From Felis catus (lineage: Eukaryota), in assembly GCF_018350175.1 (NCBI RefSeq), contig NC_058368.1, positions 124,312,001-124,376,000 on the forward strand: a DNA stretch of 64,000 nucleotides. Direction: 5' to 3'. The translations under genes and the position numbers were made by a program. Shown in pieces: positions 1 to 14,264 of the stretch; the stretch's first letter is position 1, and every line of letters starts with the position of its first letter. Below the pieces are notes generated by a model that did no database searches, had not been told where the DNA came from, and saw only the letters and a list, made by a program, of their open reading frames with translations.

Positions 1-19
1 CCAACACTTTGAGTTGCTA

Positions 20-235
<216 letters not shown>

Positions 236-600
236 TCATTATATATCATCCAGTGCTCTTCCGGTCTATGAATGTTAAGATAAAATACAAAGAAAAAAAT
301 GCAAAAAGAAAAAGAAAGGAAAGGAAAACTAAAAAGGGGAGTAAACACATTTTAACAAACCCTCCAACAAACTCCCACTTGCCTCTTGTCACTGGAAGGA
401 TTTTTGTTTCCCATAAGAGCTAAATTGTCTTCCATCATTAGCCAACTAACAAGGACTTAAATTAAATACAGGTGTGACTGACATGCTGGGGGGGGGGGGG
501 GCTACCTAGACAACAACTGGTTCATCAAATCTATTTGTTGTTTTTTTTTCCCCAACTAGGGCAGAGGTTGGCCCCTGAGAAACCAGAAGAGTGAAAAAAA

Positions 601-798
601 TTTTTAAACAATGATTTTTTTAATGTTTATTTATTTTTGAGAGAGAGAGAAAAAGAGAGGCAGAGAGGGAGGCAGAGAATCCGAAGCAGGTTCCACGTTG
701 TCAGCACAGAGCCCAACGAGGGGCTCAAACCCACGAACCCTGAGATCATGACCTGGGCCGAGACTGGACCTTAACTGACTGAACCACCCAGGTACCCC
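601..798 (-). mobile_element. Carnivore SINE (SINEC)
   Basis: Reverse complement of the GGGG..CCTGGGTGG head, plus a (GA)n tract and a TTTATTTATTTTT tail. Confidence 0.9.
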
Positions 799-1988
799 AG
801 AGTGAATTTTAATGTTAACAAAATGACCAGGATGAGTACTCACTGGTGGCAAAATGATGACCAAGATGATCCAGTAATGATCAGATTGCTACAAACTGCA
901 TGAAATTTAATCTCCAAAAATCCTTGGTGAAAGTAAATGGATCATAATTAAGTAGTTAGTCAATAAGAAATCAACAAATATGAGAAAGAAAGAACTTCAG
1001 GCAACCATCTAAATTAGGTCCATCTCTGTGTAGATCTATAATAAACTTTTCATCCTATCTTTGAAAGGAGGCTATTCTACACTTTTTTAAGTAGCCCATC
1101 CAAGTCTTAAAAGTTACCAATTCTTCCTTGATAGTGTCCTATATCTCCTCAGCTTGCACAAATAGGTAAGTAAAATCTGTGCATATTACTGGTGTTGAAT
1201 ACCTTTCATTGACCTGAAAAAAAAAAAACTGCACGAGCAATTACAATTTCAAATGACAATAAATTTTCATTGGCCAATGAAAGAGATTCTCATTTTATAT
1301 CATACAATAGAAACTCTAATCCTTCAGATCCTCCTGATATCTCTGGAAAGATTATAAAACAATCCAGATAATTCATTAGCATTTTAATTTTCTGATTGAG
1401 TCCACAGAAAGACCCTGTAACTCCATGCACTAGGACTTATGGGTAGAATGGAGGTCCCTAGGAGGATTAAGAGCAGGTTAAGGAAATAGAGCAGCAAGGT
1501 ATAGTTCTGGAAGCCCAGAGCTGGACCACAAGCTAGGGTCAGAGACCTGGGCAAGAAATAGAGTTGGATTTTTAAAAAGCTGCAATTTTGATATACTTCA
1601 AATGCTGTTCAACAGCTACCTCCTGATACATTTTTCCGTGTAAAATTTCCTGTTGGTCTTCTTCACGCTGTGTTATCCTGTTTATTTGACCCCACGGCTG
1701 GAGTCAGTTTTCACAATTCCATGGAACAGCACTCATTCATTTCACCTTTCCTCTTCCTTTCCCTCCCTTGTCTCTGCATTCTCGGCTCTCCGGATTTCCC
1801 GTTACTCAGCTTGTTGCTGGCTCACAATGGGCAATTACACTGTGAACCCTGGAAATGTGCTTCCACTGTATGAGCGAGGGCAGCTGACATGAGTTCTACA
1901 ACCTCTTGCAGGACGAGGGCCAGGGGCCCTCACAACTCTCAACTCTGAGGTGCAGGAAGAGAGCTGAGTGGGTGTTAAATGCTGCAAC

Positions 1989-2478
1989 CAGGGCCAGATA
2001 CATAATGTGTGAGGCTCAGGGCAAAATGAAAATGTGGAGTCCCCTGTTGATATGGCAGGAAAGAATCTCAGTCCTTTCTTCTTGGTGTCTTTCTTGACAT
2101 GGCACAGTGATTTTTATTTGCTATTTATTATTGTGCTCCTTTGGGCTGGAGAGTCTTACTACTAGAGCAAACCCTCACAGGTGCCTGGACCTTCCTCTTG
2201 TAACCTGGCACATGCTTGATCCTGACCCTCCTCAGGTCTGTGTCCAGGTCCCTTGCCAGGAGGCTGAGAGTTTGTACTAGAGAGGTGGGGAAGCAGTACT
2301 GTGTGAGCCATGGTACCATTGTCCTTTCTGACTTCACTTACAAAACAAAAATTCAAAGATAAAATTAATGAAAATTTTCAGATGGCGGCCACAGAGCATT
2401 ATACCCCAAGCACAGGGATCCCTTTTGAGCATGGGACCCACTTTGGCTGTACTGGTCACAGGCCCATAAAGTGGTTCC
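1989..2478 (+). mobile_element. MER45-like hAT DNA transposon fossil
   Basis: Starts cagggccagatacataatgtgtgaggctcagggcaaaatgaaaatgtgg, resembling the recalled MER45 terminus. The right boundary is approximate. Confidence 0.6.
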
Positions 2479-4185
2479 TACCCTCAAACTTCTTCCTTCT
2501 CTTCCTCTCATCTTCCCTCTTATATCCTCTTGCTCCTTCCATCCTTCCTTTGTCTACAACAACTTTTACATTATTTGGATCAATTGATGAAGTTCTATGG
2601 CATGCCTGTTACCAAAAGTTGTTTACACTGAACACATCCAAGCTTCTGTGCCTGCTTTATCAACTTTTCTAAGATTCCTTCACCTGATGTTACTTAAACA
2701 TATTTTGAAGGAGTCTAAAATACATTTAAAACAATCAAGAGCACCCCACCCCCAACATGCACACCTTTTAAAAAAGTACCATTTGAGGGAGAAAACAGAA
2801 GCAAAGAGCGTCAGTTCAATATATTTATTTTGTTTATAATTTCCTGCAACAGCAAAAGAATTCAGGTTGCCAAGGTGATTCAAAGGGCAAAGTGCCCTGT
2901 CACAATTCTCTCTTTGTGTGAAAGGGGGAGTGTCAAGCACAGATAGAAAAAACAATACCCATCTCCTCACCCTGTGTCTTCCTCCCTCCTCGCCTGACCC
3001 TCAGAGCAGTCATTTTTGGAAGTCACACTGAAATTGTGTTGCTTCCCAGGACTCTGCACCAGCCTATTCTGGACCCTGACCAGGCAGGCCCAGTCAGCAG
3101 TGCCCCTGAGGACTAAAGTGTCACACAGCTTCTCTAGATGAGAACTCCAACCTTATCCTTTTCCTCCAAAGTATCTTCTATCCTGAATTTTCCAGGCAAG
3201 GCCTTTGCCTCTATACCTAGATCTCACTTCTACAACATTGTCACTGTATTTCCTTTTCTTTAAGAAGAAGGTGCTCCCAGGAATAAGGGCGATAGCTACC
3301 TTTACTTTGTGTAGACTTTGTGTGCCTGGCACTGTTCTAAGCATTGTCACATGCCAGCTCATTTAATCCTGGTAAGAACCCTGTGAAGTAGGTACTCCTA
3401 TGATCCCCATATTGTAGAGCAGAATATGGAGGCATGTGGGAATCAATTAACTTGGCCAGGGTGACAGTCAAGAAGGGACATGGCCAGGATGGACAGCCTG
3501 TCTGCAGAGCCCTTGCACTTCACCACTACACCATTCTGCCCCTGAGAAAAGGAACGGTCTGTTTATTTGATCCTGCATGTTCATACTGGGGAAACAGAAG
3601 TAAAAAAGCCTGCTTAGACTGCAATGTCAGAAGCAATGATGTGTGCCTGGCCAAATGAGACCTTTTACAAAGTGAAACATGAGGTGCTTTAAAAGCCTTT
3701 GCTCAGAGGGTTGCCATGGTGCACCCCCACAGGAATTTGAGGTGCTCAAGAGAGCACTAGTCTATGAGCTGGGGCCTCAGGCTCAGTGGTTTCCTGGTGA
3801 CAGCATTTCCTTCTTGGCAAGCTGGCCATGTCAGCCAATGGTAGGCTCCAGGCCTGGGAGGCCAGAGAGGGTTACAATGACCAAGGAGCACCAGGATAGA
3901 AGGAATGGGGTGGTGCTTAGAAGAGCCCTCAGGAAGAATGGAGAGTGGGATTCCTTTCATTAAACAGGGGAAGTAACAAACTGTACAGATCCTTTTCTTA
4001 CGGAGCTCTGGAATTCTGCATTGAGTGGCCAGATGTGGATTTATTTGTTTTCTGTTATATTTGTTTTGTTTCTGTCCATGGATAATCCATACAGTTGCCT
4101 TCATGTGCTCTGAAAACTGCTGGGAACTACCAAGTGCTAGTCATTTTCACTTTACACCTCGTGAGGGAGGGTTCATAAGAGGCTT

Positions 4186-4866
4186 TGTGTGATATAATTA
4201 TTTATAAGAAATGTATATATAGTCATTCAGATAACCAAAATATATTTCTCAGATTCCTGAAAATGCTTCAGAACCATAAAGGTGAAATGAGTGTCTTGTT
4301 ATTAATGAAGGTGACTTTTCAACCCCACCCAAGGGTGGGGCTGATAGCCAAGAGGACCAACCATGTGATTAGAGGGTTGGAACTGCCATTATCCCCACCC
4401 TAAAACGTCCAGAGAGGGGAGAGGGGCTAGAAGTAGAATCAGCTGACGGCCCACGACTTAGTTAAATGACAATGTAATAATGCCTCAAAAACTTTTTTAG
4501 TTCTTTTTCAGAGCTTCCATGCTTGGGGAACCAGAAGGCTTCCACGTGTTACCGAGCCAGGCCTCAAGGTCCATGAGGCTAGAAGTTCCTTTCTTTTGGA
4601 CCTTACTCTATGTATCCCTTCAACTGGCTACTGACTCCTATGCTTTATCACATCCTTTAATAAAATGGTAAATGTTAGTGTTTCCCTGAGTTCTGTGAGC
4701 TGCTCTAGAAAATTAATCAAATCTGAGGAGGTCAGTGGAACTTCCAGTCTTTTGCTGGTAGATCAGAGACACAGGTAACAGCCTGGGGCTTGAGATTGGC
4801 ATCTGAGGGGCAGCCTTGTGGGACTGAACACTTAACCTTTGGAGTCTGATGCTATATCCAGAGATA
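4186..4866 (+). mobile_element. Solo LTR, MER21-like, 3' end truncated
   Basis: Starts TG and contains accaaccatgtgattagagggttggaact, tttccctgagttctgtgagc and ttgtgggactga..cttaacc motifs typical of MER21-group LTRs. Confidence 0.65.
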
Positions 4867-4902
<36 letters not shown>

Positions 4903-4927
4903 AAAAATAAATAAACATTAAAAAAAG
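4867..4927 (+). mobile_element. Headless SINEC tail
   Basis: (CT)n-caaaaataaataaacattaaaaaaa with no SINE 5' body upstream. Confidence 0.75.
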
Positions 4928-6555
4928 AATTTTGCTATAGGCAGATTGCTAAAAAACATTACAATATTCTTACTGTAGACCCTTTTTATTCTAGGTGACC
5001 TTCCAAAGAGTCTTTGTGGAAGATTTTGGACTAGTTTTTATTACCACATGTCTGGGGAATAAGCTCTATAGTGGCTTCTTCTTGGAGGGCACTCCAACCA
5101 CCTTCCTTCTTTTGGAAGCAGTGGCATATTTGCATCAATTATCCCATGATGGTGATCAGATAAATCATCGCTAGGGTTGTAGACCATACAGCCCTCTTAA
5201 AGGTGAAAGAACTAGCCCATCACTTAAGCTAGAGCCAGATATGTCAGGCTGAGAATGAAACTCCAAGGAAAGATCTACTCATCTACATGAGGTGAACATT
5301 TGAGAGTTGAGAGTCTAGGGCTAACCAGATTTAAAAAAAAAAAAAAAAAAAAAATGGTGCCTAACAGCCTAGCTCAAAGTCTGGAACTATCTTCATGGTT
5401 AGCCCCTTTGGACCCAGGCTTTACTGCTTGGCCTGACTCCAGAGGCCACTATACCCCAAAGCCTGGGGCTGACTCTCCTGGAGAGCTAGTACAAGACAGA
5501 AATTGGAGGGATGGGGCATGAGGCATGGTGACCCTCGCTGCTGAACTACTTCATTTCATAGGTTTTCTGATACTTTGGAAAACAAACAAACAAACAAACA
5601 GAAAACACAAAACACACACACCAAAAAACTATAGGAAAACAAACTACTATAGTATAGGAAGCAAAGAAACAAACAAAAAACAAAAAACAAAACTCCTTTC
5701 TTGCTCCGTTAGTGTGTAGAAAGGGGTTAAATCCCACTTTTGTTTGATAAGATGAAGGTCTCCAGGATATTTCTACCCTGTCCTTGCTAAATGTTATGAC
5801 TAGGGATCTTTCTGCTGAAATGAAGCCTAGCAGAGAGTAATACTCAATATTTACTGAGCAACAAATAAATAAATGAGTAAAACAAGCCTTACAAGCTACA
5901 AGCAAAGCCAAACAGAATACCCATCCTTTTTAGCTTCTCTGTCTTCTCCTCATTGTCTTCTTTCTTTTACTATTTCACTTGTGTTCACTCCTAGGTGAGT
6001 CCCTGTTATTTTCTCCTTTTACTGCATCCCTTCCTCACTATAACCAAGCACTGGGGAGCTGACACATGTGGCCACTTAAACTTAGGTTGCCCTTCAAGAC
6101 TTCAGTTTCCTAAGCAGGTTGGCGTTTGCTCCCAGAATGATGGATTTTGCAAATATTTTCTTTGCTTACTTTGGGCTTAGTGGCTTTGTAGTCTTCCCGG
6201 GAGTCATATGGCCTGGGTGCCTACGTGGGAACTGGGTGTATCTGGTCAAATGACAACCTCCTTGTGCACTAGTTTCTTTACTCGTGAATTGAATAGTGGG
6301 ATTACATGATTTACTTTGGTCCCTTGCAGCGCTGAGATTCTCTTACCTTAGGAATTAGACCCCACTGGTATATGACACTTATCCATTGTTATTCTGAATA
6401 TATTTAGGGTAAAAGTATATTTATAAGACTTTGATTCAATCCAGAAGGCTGACCACAGGTCTTCACTACAGGAAGGAGGAGGATTCCATATTGGACCAAC
6501 TGAACCAAACCAGTCTCAAGCACTAGAGGCTTAAAGGTTATATTAAAGAGCTATT

Positions 6556-6558
<3 letters not shown>

Positions 6559-6606
<48 letters not shown>
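6559..6606. repeat. (GT)24 microsatellite
   Basis: Read directly from the sequence. Confidence 0.97.
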
Positions 6607-6608
<2 letters not shown>

Positions 6609-7421
6609 TTAATTTCCTTAACCACATAACTACATACTGAATGAACAAACATGAAATAGTTGTTTTTTATTATCATAATTCTTTTCTTTCTACCCTCCCT
6701 TGAAAAATGCACTGAAAGAAAAGTAATTCTGAGGAAGATTCCAAATAAACACATTTTCTAGTAAGCAGAGGAGGGAGCTAGTGGCAATATTTGAGGGACA
6801 GTAGATACTTGCCACCTTCACTGACCAGCCATCATATCTATGCTAGAAATCCTATGATTAGAAAAACCTCCCTGGTATTAAGACTTTTACACTCCTGCAA
6901 GACTCAGTTAAGGTAACAAATGGTGTTCTAAAGAAAGAACCCAATAAGCCATTAATCTCATTGATTTGAGATGGGTAAGTTTATTGGACAGAATTCAGTG
7001 AAACCTCTTGGAGGACCTAAGATTCACAAAGATCTGTTCTGGGTCTTGAGACACATCTACCTGAATAAGGCACAGTACCTTTAAGCACACAGTCTAGAAG
7101 GAAAGAATCAGGCATCCCATTGCCTACGCCACCAGTCCCAGATGTTTAAGAAAGCACTAGATGTGCAACTTGGAGGGAACAATTCCGGAAGGGAGCTTAA
7201 TAAAGAAGGTGGCATTTAGTTAGGCCTTCAGGAATAAGAAAGAATATGTAGAAATTCTTCAAGTGGAAGGGATGATGTGGGGAGTGCAAGAAGGATTTCA
7301 CCAAAAGAAAAGAACGTGATTAAGGTGGAGACAGAATGAATCTCTGGGAGTGGGTAGGGGGTGGGGAGTGGTTGTTCACAACAGTATGTGTTAGCCCAGG
7401 GAGTTTGTTCTGCACCAAAAA

Positions 7422-8518
7422 ATGGAACTCTTTGAAGGTTTTTAAGCCAAAGACCAACAGTGACCATAACTGTTTTGGTGGGATAACAGTTGTATTCATA
7501 CATTCCTTTGGGATTTGTTGAAAGAGCACTTGGTGGCAATGTGAGAACAGAATGGAGAAGAAAAGGGCTGAAAGTAGGAATACAAATACTGAAACTGTTC
7601 AGGTGAAAGATGGTAGAAACCTGAGCTAAGGAAGTGATGGCAGGTGTACAAAATTGTCTCTACTTGCTCTTCCAGGCTTACCCTCCAAACTTTTTCCATC
7701 CTGCTCTTTACTTTTTAGCCTGTATGAATTGCATCAAATGGACTCCTTTGTTTTCCTGTTGGGTTTGGCCAATGAGTGGCACTGACAGGAGATTGGTGTA
7801 GGAGGACAAAGACTGAGGTGTTTATCATTCAGTTCTCTCCCTGCCAGGCCACAGTTTGTTCATTCCATCAAAGGCTACCTGTACTGTCCTGGGACCTCTC
7901 CTACAGCTCTAGCTTTTTCTGTCTTAGTAACCGCTCCCTTCCATGCCCTCTTAGGCCCAGATGCCCTAATGGCAACGTATTGTGGTATGAAAATAGCCTC
8001 TTCATGACTCTCTACCCGATTTATCCCATACAAATGGGCTGTTTCCTGGTACAACCATGACCTATACAGTGGGGATAGAAAGTAGGTAACAGAGATGTGG
8101 GAACGGAGGAGGTAGAATTGAGGAGTCTTGATAATGAAGGGACAGTGAAGGGAGATAAGAAAGGAGGGTTCATGGACCATGCAGAGGCCTTTTGGCTTGG
8201 GCTACCAGGAAGATGGGAGTGTGGCAGGAAGGAGAGATCACGGGTTAAGTTTGGACATGACCAGTTTGAAGTGTCTGGGAAATGATGTAGAGAGGCCCAG
8301 GAGAGCTAGAAATATGAGTCTAGAGTTCAAGAGAGATGTCAGATGAAACTCACTGAAGGTTTTTAAGCCAAGGACCAACAGGAACCATAACTGTTTTGGT
8401 GGGATAACAGTTGTATTCATACATTTCTTTGGGATTTGTAGAAACAGCACTTGGTGGCAATGTGAGAACAGAATGGAGAAAAAAAGGGCTGAAAGTAGAA
8501 ATACAAATACTGAAACTG
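7422..8518 (+). repeat. ~175-bp dispersed direct repeat (7422-7597 and 8343-8518) in L2-like sequence
   Basis: Ungapped alignment at offset 921, with 8 mismatches over the 165-bp core. Confidence 0.95.
7645..8067. mobile_element. LTR33/LTR16-like ancient ERVL LTR
   Basis: Contains gttgggtttggccaatgagtggcactgacaggagattgg and ends ...tgtttcctgg..catgacctataca. Related copies lie at ~26395-26895 and ~48430-48800. Confidence 0.55.
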
Positions 8519-9572
8519 GTGAGAATCTTCTGATGGGAATGATAGCTGAAGCGACAGGCTTTCTGAGGAACAGAGTGAGAGAAAGACTGGGAACTGAATT
8601 TCTGCCTTGTAGAGGAGAGACACCCATGTGGACCCCTGATAAATCGGTGTCCTCACATGCCCTGAAGGGACTGAGATGCCATCAAGAGAGACTGGATGGG
8701 GTCAGGGCTCTGCTCAGTGCTAACCAAGACAGAGGCAAGCAGCAGGGTCTCCTGGGAAGATAGGAGGGGTGAATGAGGGCAGTGGGCCCACAGGAGGGCA
8801 CCACCAGTTACCAAGAGACCTTAGAGATGGGGCAGAAGCCCAATTCCAGATCACTCATGGACCTAATGTTTCCAATCTTTCCTGCTTTGGTTAATCTGGG
8901 TCGAATACAGAGGCTTTATTATTTCAGAGTGCTATAGCTTTAAATGTGGTCTCATGTGGTCCAAGAGAAGAGCAGGAAGTTCAGGGAAAGGAATAAATGA
9001 CAAAGGGAAATAGACTCATTCATGTGGAAAAACTGTAAATGGAGCACAATGCTGGTCCTGTACTATAAATTAACAAGAAGTCTAAAGCAGGCAAGTGTCA
9101 TCGTGGTTTCAGCTGACATTTGGAATTACCCTTAGCCTTCTTTGCAGAGTAAAGGCCAGGACGCACCACTTCTGAATTCCACTGCTAACCACAAGGAGAC
9201 AGAGGGTGCACGGTTTTCCCACAACTGTGATTCTTAACCTTTTGGGGGGTAGTCACTGATCCTCACTGAGGAAGTGAAGAAAGTCATGGATGCCTTCCTC
9301 AGAAAAAAGTATGCTAACATATGCTCACACTCACACATAGCATATTTCATACAATTGTAAGGGTTTTAGAAGGAACCTGCCTTGTTAATCTTTTTACACC
9401 CAATGCCAGATACACGGTATGTGCTCAAGAAATATATATTAAGCAGTTGAGTCAATAAATGAGTGACACGTTATGCTTATACAAAATCATGGTCAAAAAA
9501 TGCAAATATCTTATGTAGGAGTAGATAAGGTTTTAGTACCCATTAATATGAATTCATTTATCGTAGTGTTTT

Positions 9573-10105
9573 TGATGGGGTTTTGGAGTGATGGGGGTCT
9601 GGAGCCGACCAGAATTCCTGAGATGTCTTTGGTGCAAAAAAGTTATTAAAGCACAGGGCAGGACCTGTGGGCAGAAAGAGCTGCACTGGGGTTGTGAAGA
9701 GTGACTGGTTATATGCTCTGGAGTTGGGGGAGATAAAGTCAAGAGGAAGTTTCTTAAAGGGATTTCCATGTGCTAAAGAACACTCACAGATTACTGAAGC
9801 CTTAGCTATTGTCGGGCTAAGGTTGTTTTTCCCTCTAGCAAATCATTATCAATAATAATAGGGAGTTCCTGGAGATTAGGCTACTGATAAGATTGCCTTT
9901 CTTCTTGTAATTTACTAAGATATTTGCAAACTGATGGAGACTCAGGTCCTTTGATCTCTATCAGTTCAACCATTTGTTCTCAGTCCTTTCCTTTGTTCTT
10001 GGTCAGCCAGCAGTGCCTGAGGAATATCACACATGTTCCACTTGTGGGGGTGGGGGGAGGAGAGAGGGTTTGTGAGGTGTCAGCTTGCCTTATGCTCCCT
10101 CATCA
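9573..10105 (-). mobile_element. Intact solo ERV LTR (533 bp)
   Basis: TGATG...CATCA termini with a 5-bp target-site duplication (TSD) gtttt at 9568-9572 and 10106-10110. Inserted into a MER5-like element. Orientation is inferred from a degenerate poly(A) signal. Confidence 0.85.
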
Positions 10106-11730
10106 GTTTTCAACCCTACCTGCATATTGCAGTCTGCTGGGATGAAGCAAAGCTTTAAAAAATATGGATGCCTGGGCTCTACTCCAGAAAAACTGACTAA
10201 AAATCTAAGGATGTGGGGCTTGGGTATCCAATATTGCTTAAAAGCTCTTCAGATGATTTTAAAGTGCAGACAGGACTGCAATCAATGTAGCAGGTTAAAA
10301 GCTATATCATCTAGTAGGGAGAAAGAATATGATGATGTGGGTATGATAACTAAGCTGTTGTGGAAGAAATCAGGAACCATAATAAAAATGGTTATCTATT
10401 CCAATTACCTAGCACATTACATAGTGCTGTCATATGCACAATCTCATTCATACCCCGAAGATACACTGATAGTTAAACCAAGAAGGTATTGGTGATTTTC
10501 CTCAGATCAAAACCATGTCTGTCAATACAAACAGATTTTCTGACTTTTCATTTTGCCAAACTGCCTCTTAGAGGGTGAGAGCAAGGGTTCCCACCCCTGA
10601 AGAGTCCAAATTAGAAGATGTGGAGAGGGGGTCTGGGGACCTATAATTTTACAAGCATTGCTGATGATTCCATTGCACGTGCAGGACTAGAGCAGCAACT
10701 CTAAATTGGGGGTGGGGTGGAGGAAGTGGGAGCAGAGATGTGAACCCCATCAGAAATCTGTGGGATTAAAACTCAAGTGTGATGAGGATGAATACAGGAA
10801 ATGCTTGATTTGGATACCACTTTCACATCAGCTGAGCATCAGCACACATGGTTGCCCAACCAGAGGACAGCACCCCGGGGGTCAGGGTGGGAGATTAGAT
10901 ACTGAAAGTATGTAGGTGGATGCTACAGGCAGGTGGGGATGACAAAATAAGTTTTGCTCACTTCACAGTTTTGCCCAGGGCTGGTGCTGGTACAGAGTAA
11001 CTGAAGCCAGAGTTGGAGGGACAAAACCAGAGCAGTTTCCAAATCACTTCTGTTTGCCTTTTCCCTCAGGCCTGAAAGTGCCAGGTGCCCATCTCTGGTA
11101 TGCTTGGCATGTGAAACAACTGAATGTAACCGCCATCAAGGCAAGCAGAAACTCCTCTTACAAGGATCCTGGCAGCAGTATGGCAAGAGTGCCTTACTGG
11201 GCTGATGAAGATAAACAGTGGAGGTGTCTATGCTTGGGTATCATAAGACAGAGAAGGCTAGCAAGTTTGTTGAAATGATGCATACTACTGCTCTCCTCTG
11301 AAGGATGGAGGAAATGACTCTTAGTTGATCATTCCTCTTGCAAATAGAAAGCACGTCACTAAATGTTAGCCATTATCATTCTTTCACCTTAGTCTGACTT
11401 TCCCCCTCATTGGGCTATAGATTTCTTGGGCCTATTCTGATTTCTTCAGTCATGTGTACTGATATAGACTGCCTTTTGTGATCATGAGGTAGCATTATAA
11501 GGCATGATTTTCATTGCTCAGGACAGAATTCAGGGTCATCTGGAATAACTCTGCTTTGGAGGATTTGGAAGGAAGAAGAGAGTTATGGTTCAAAGACTTT
11601 GAAGAGATTTTCCTAGTATATCTTTGAAGGTTTTTCCTGGTGTGCTGTGAGCTACTAAGCAAGCATGTGGATGGAGAGAGCAAGAGAGCAAGGGAGAGAA
11701 GTGTTATGTGTCTGTTTACATGTATGTGTG

Positions 11731-11732
<2 letters not shown>

Positions 11733-11770
<38 letters not shown>
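11733..11770. repeat. (TG)n microsatellite
   Basis: Read directly from the sequence. Confidence 0.95.
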
Positions 11771-11773
<3 letters not shown>

Positions 11774-12026
11774 CATCCAAAGCAGGCTGTCTTCCTCCTC
11801 TGTATCTTGGCATGGTTTCTTCTCCACAAGTGATGCACTCACATCTTCCAAATGGACAGGTTTGCTGTTGCCCCTCTGGATATGAGGGATGGGAGGAGTG
11901 CAGAGAATCTTACTTGCTCTAGCACACTAATAACCTCCATATCACTGCAGTGGCTGCACCTTTGATAATTCCATCTTTCAGTTCTGACATACTCAGAGAA
12001 CTGTTAACATTGCTTCATACCATCTA

Positions 12027-12188
<162 letters not shown>

Positions 12189-13651
12189 CTATAAAACCAC
12201 AGTCAGAAAGGGGAGAGGTGAGCAGAGGCTATCAGGAAGGAAAATGGAACTCACATTGTCTCCTCAGGCCAAGAGCCATCACCACATAAGTTGGTTGCTG
12301 CCTGTCAGTTCATTCATTCCTTAAGCCATTCAATCAACAGATATTTACTGAGTTTCTGCTTTTTGCCAGGAAAATAAGTGTTGAAGATACTGTAGTGAAT
12401 TAGATAAAGAAGATCCTTGCCCTCATGGGAATTGCAGTGTGGTAGAGGAAGACAGACAACAAATGCAAATGAGCAAAAGGATTTTCCAGATTGTGCAATG
12501 CTATCAAGACTGCAAATGGGGTACTGTGAGAGAGTAATTGTGGAGTTAGTGACTATTCTACATGGGCCTCTATGAGCTAGGCTGGGGAAAACAGAACAGC
12601 AAGCACCAAGCCACAGAGGCAACCACTTGTAACTGGGGTCACGCTAACCTGCCATATCCCACCACAAGGAATTTTACTGCAATATCTCCAGTGGCTACAA
12701 CAGAGACTAGATAAATAGCTGTTGAATAAAAGAAGGAATGGAGTGGGAGAGATATCCATGTGAGATGAGTCTGGAGAGGGAGGCAAGGCTGATCCTGGGA
12801 ATATGGGTTGGGGATACCAACTCTGAATAAAGCATTCACAGTTTATTCTAAAGTCACTGCAAAGACACTGAAGGGTTTTAAACCAATGTTGACATGATCT
12901 GACCTACATTGTTTAGAAGAAACCACTCTGTGGTAGCTTGGATGAACCTATATGGTGAATCCCAACTTCTTTTAGAGTTTAAGGTCACACACTTTAGTCA
13001 TCATTTAATAATAAAATGAGCTTATGCTTGGAAATGGTAACCAAGAGGAACCAGTATTATTTGGGAGTGTACTGTGAAAAGATGGCCTCTTCTCCTTCCC
13101 CACACCTCTCAATTACACAAAATATATCTAAAATGACTCTAGATTAAGATGACTTAAAGGAGATAAAGGGTATGGGCATCTTTAAAGTTCTTTTTATAGT
13201 CATCTCTGCAGATAAATAAAGATATGAGTCTAATATTTATTGATCCAAAGACCTTTATGAATTCTTATGTATATTATTTCACTTAATTCTCCAAACAACA
13301 TTCTGAACTAAGTACTATGGGGAAATCTGCTATGTGTTCACCAAACTCTATTTCCTCTCCCTCCAAGCCACCACACTGGGTACATTCCCCAGCCTTCCAG
13401 CAGATGGATATGGCCATAAGACTGAGTCCTGATCATTGCAATGTGGACAAAAGGGGTGGCCTGCATAGAAAACAAAACCCACGTGGTCTTCCATACCTTC
13501 TCTCTTTCCTCATTCAACAAATGCAGAGGACAAGGCTAAAGAAGATGCTAGAACCACATTTAATTATGAAGCCCAGGACCCTGACTGTTGAGGGGAAATA
13601 AGCCTACCTTGTTGACCAGTATTGGACTATGATTCTAAATAAATAAGCTTT

Positions 13652-13848
13652 TGTGGCAACTGAGTGGCTCAGTTGGTTAAGCGCCCATCTTCGGCTCAGG
13701 TCATGATCTCACATGAGCCCCAGGTAGGGCCTCTCTGCTGTCAGCACAGAGCATGCTTCGTATCCTCTGTTCCCCTCTCTCTCTGCCCGTCCACTCATTC
13801 TGTCTTTCTCTCCCTCTCAAAATAAATAAGTAAACTTAAAAAAAAAAG
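13652..13848 (+). mobile_element. SINEC inserted in an MLT1-like LTR fossil (~13330-13920)
   Basis: Head gtggctcagttggttaagcg, (CT)n, aaaataaataagtaaacttaaaaa tail. Confidence 0.85.
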
Positions 13849-14051
13849 GTAAGATTTTACTGTTTTAGGCCACTGAATTTTTGAGTTAATTGCTATAGCA
13901 GTTGACCAACGTTAATAGGTACCACTGTCCTTCTCATTTTATAGAAGAGGAAGCCCAGCTCTAGAGAAGTTCCCAAGTCTGTGAATGAACACGGAACTGA
14001 ATCTAGGGTTTGAGGTTTGTGGGGAGCTGGGATTAGAATGTTAATCCCCTT

Positions 14052-14264
14052 GGGGCACCTGGGTGGCTCACTTGGTTGAGCGTCTGACTTCGGCTCAGGT
14101 CATAATCTCACAGTTCATGAGTTCGAGCCCCGTGTCGGGCTCTGTTCTGACCGCTCAGAGCCTGGAGCCTGCTTCAGATTCTGTGCCTCCCTCTCTCTGC
14201 CCCTTCTCTGCTCATGCTCTGTCTCTCAAAAATGAGTAAAAGTTAAAAAAAATTAAAAAAAAAA
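14052..14264 (+). mobile_element. SINEC_Fc-type SINE
   Basis: Full body with TSD agaatgttaatc(c/t)cctt. Confidence 0.93.

Noticed and set aside
14052..14110. tRNA-like A/B-box sequences
   Set aside because: They belong to tRNA-derived SINE heads. No true tRNA gene is evident.
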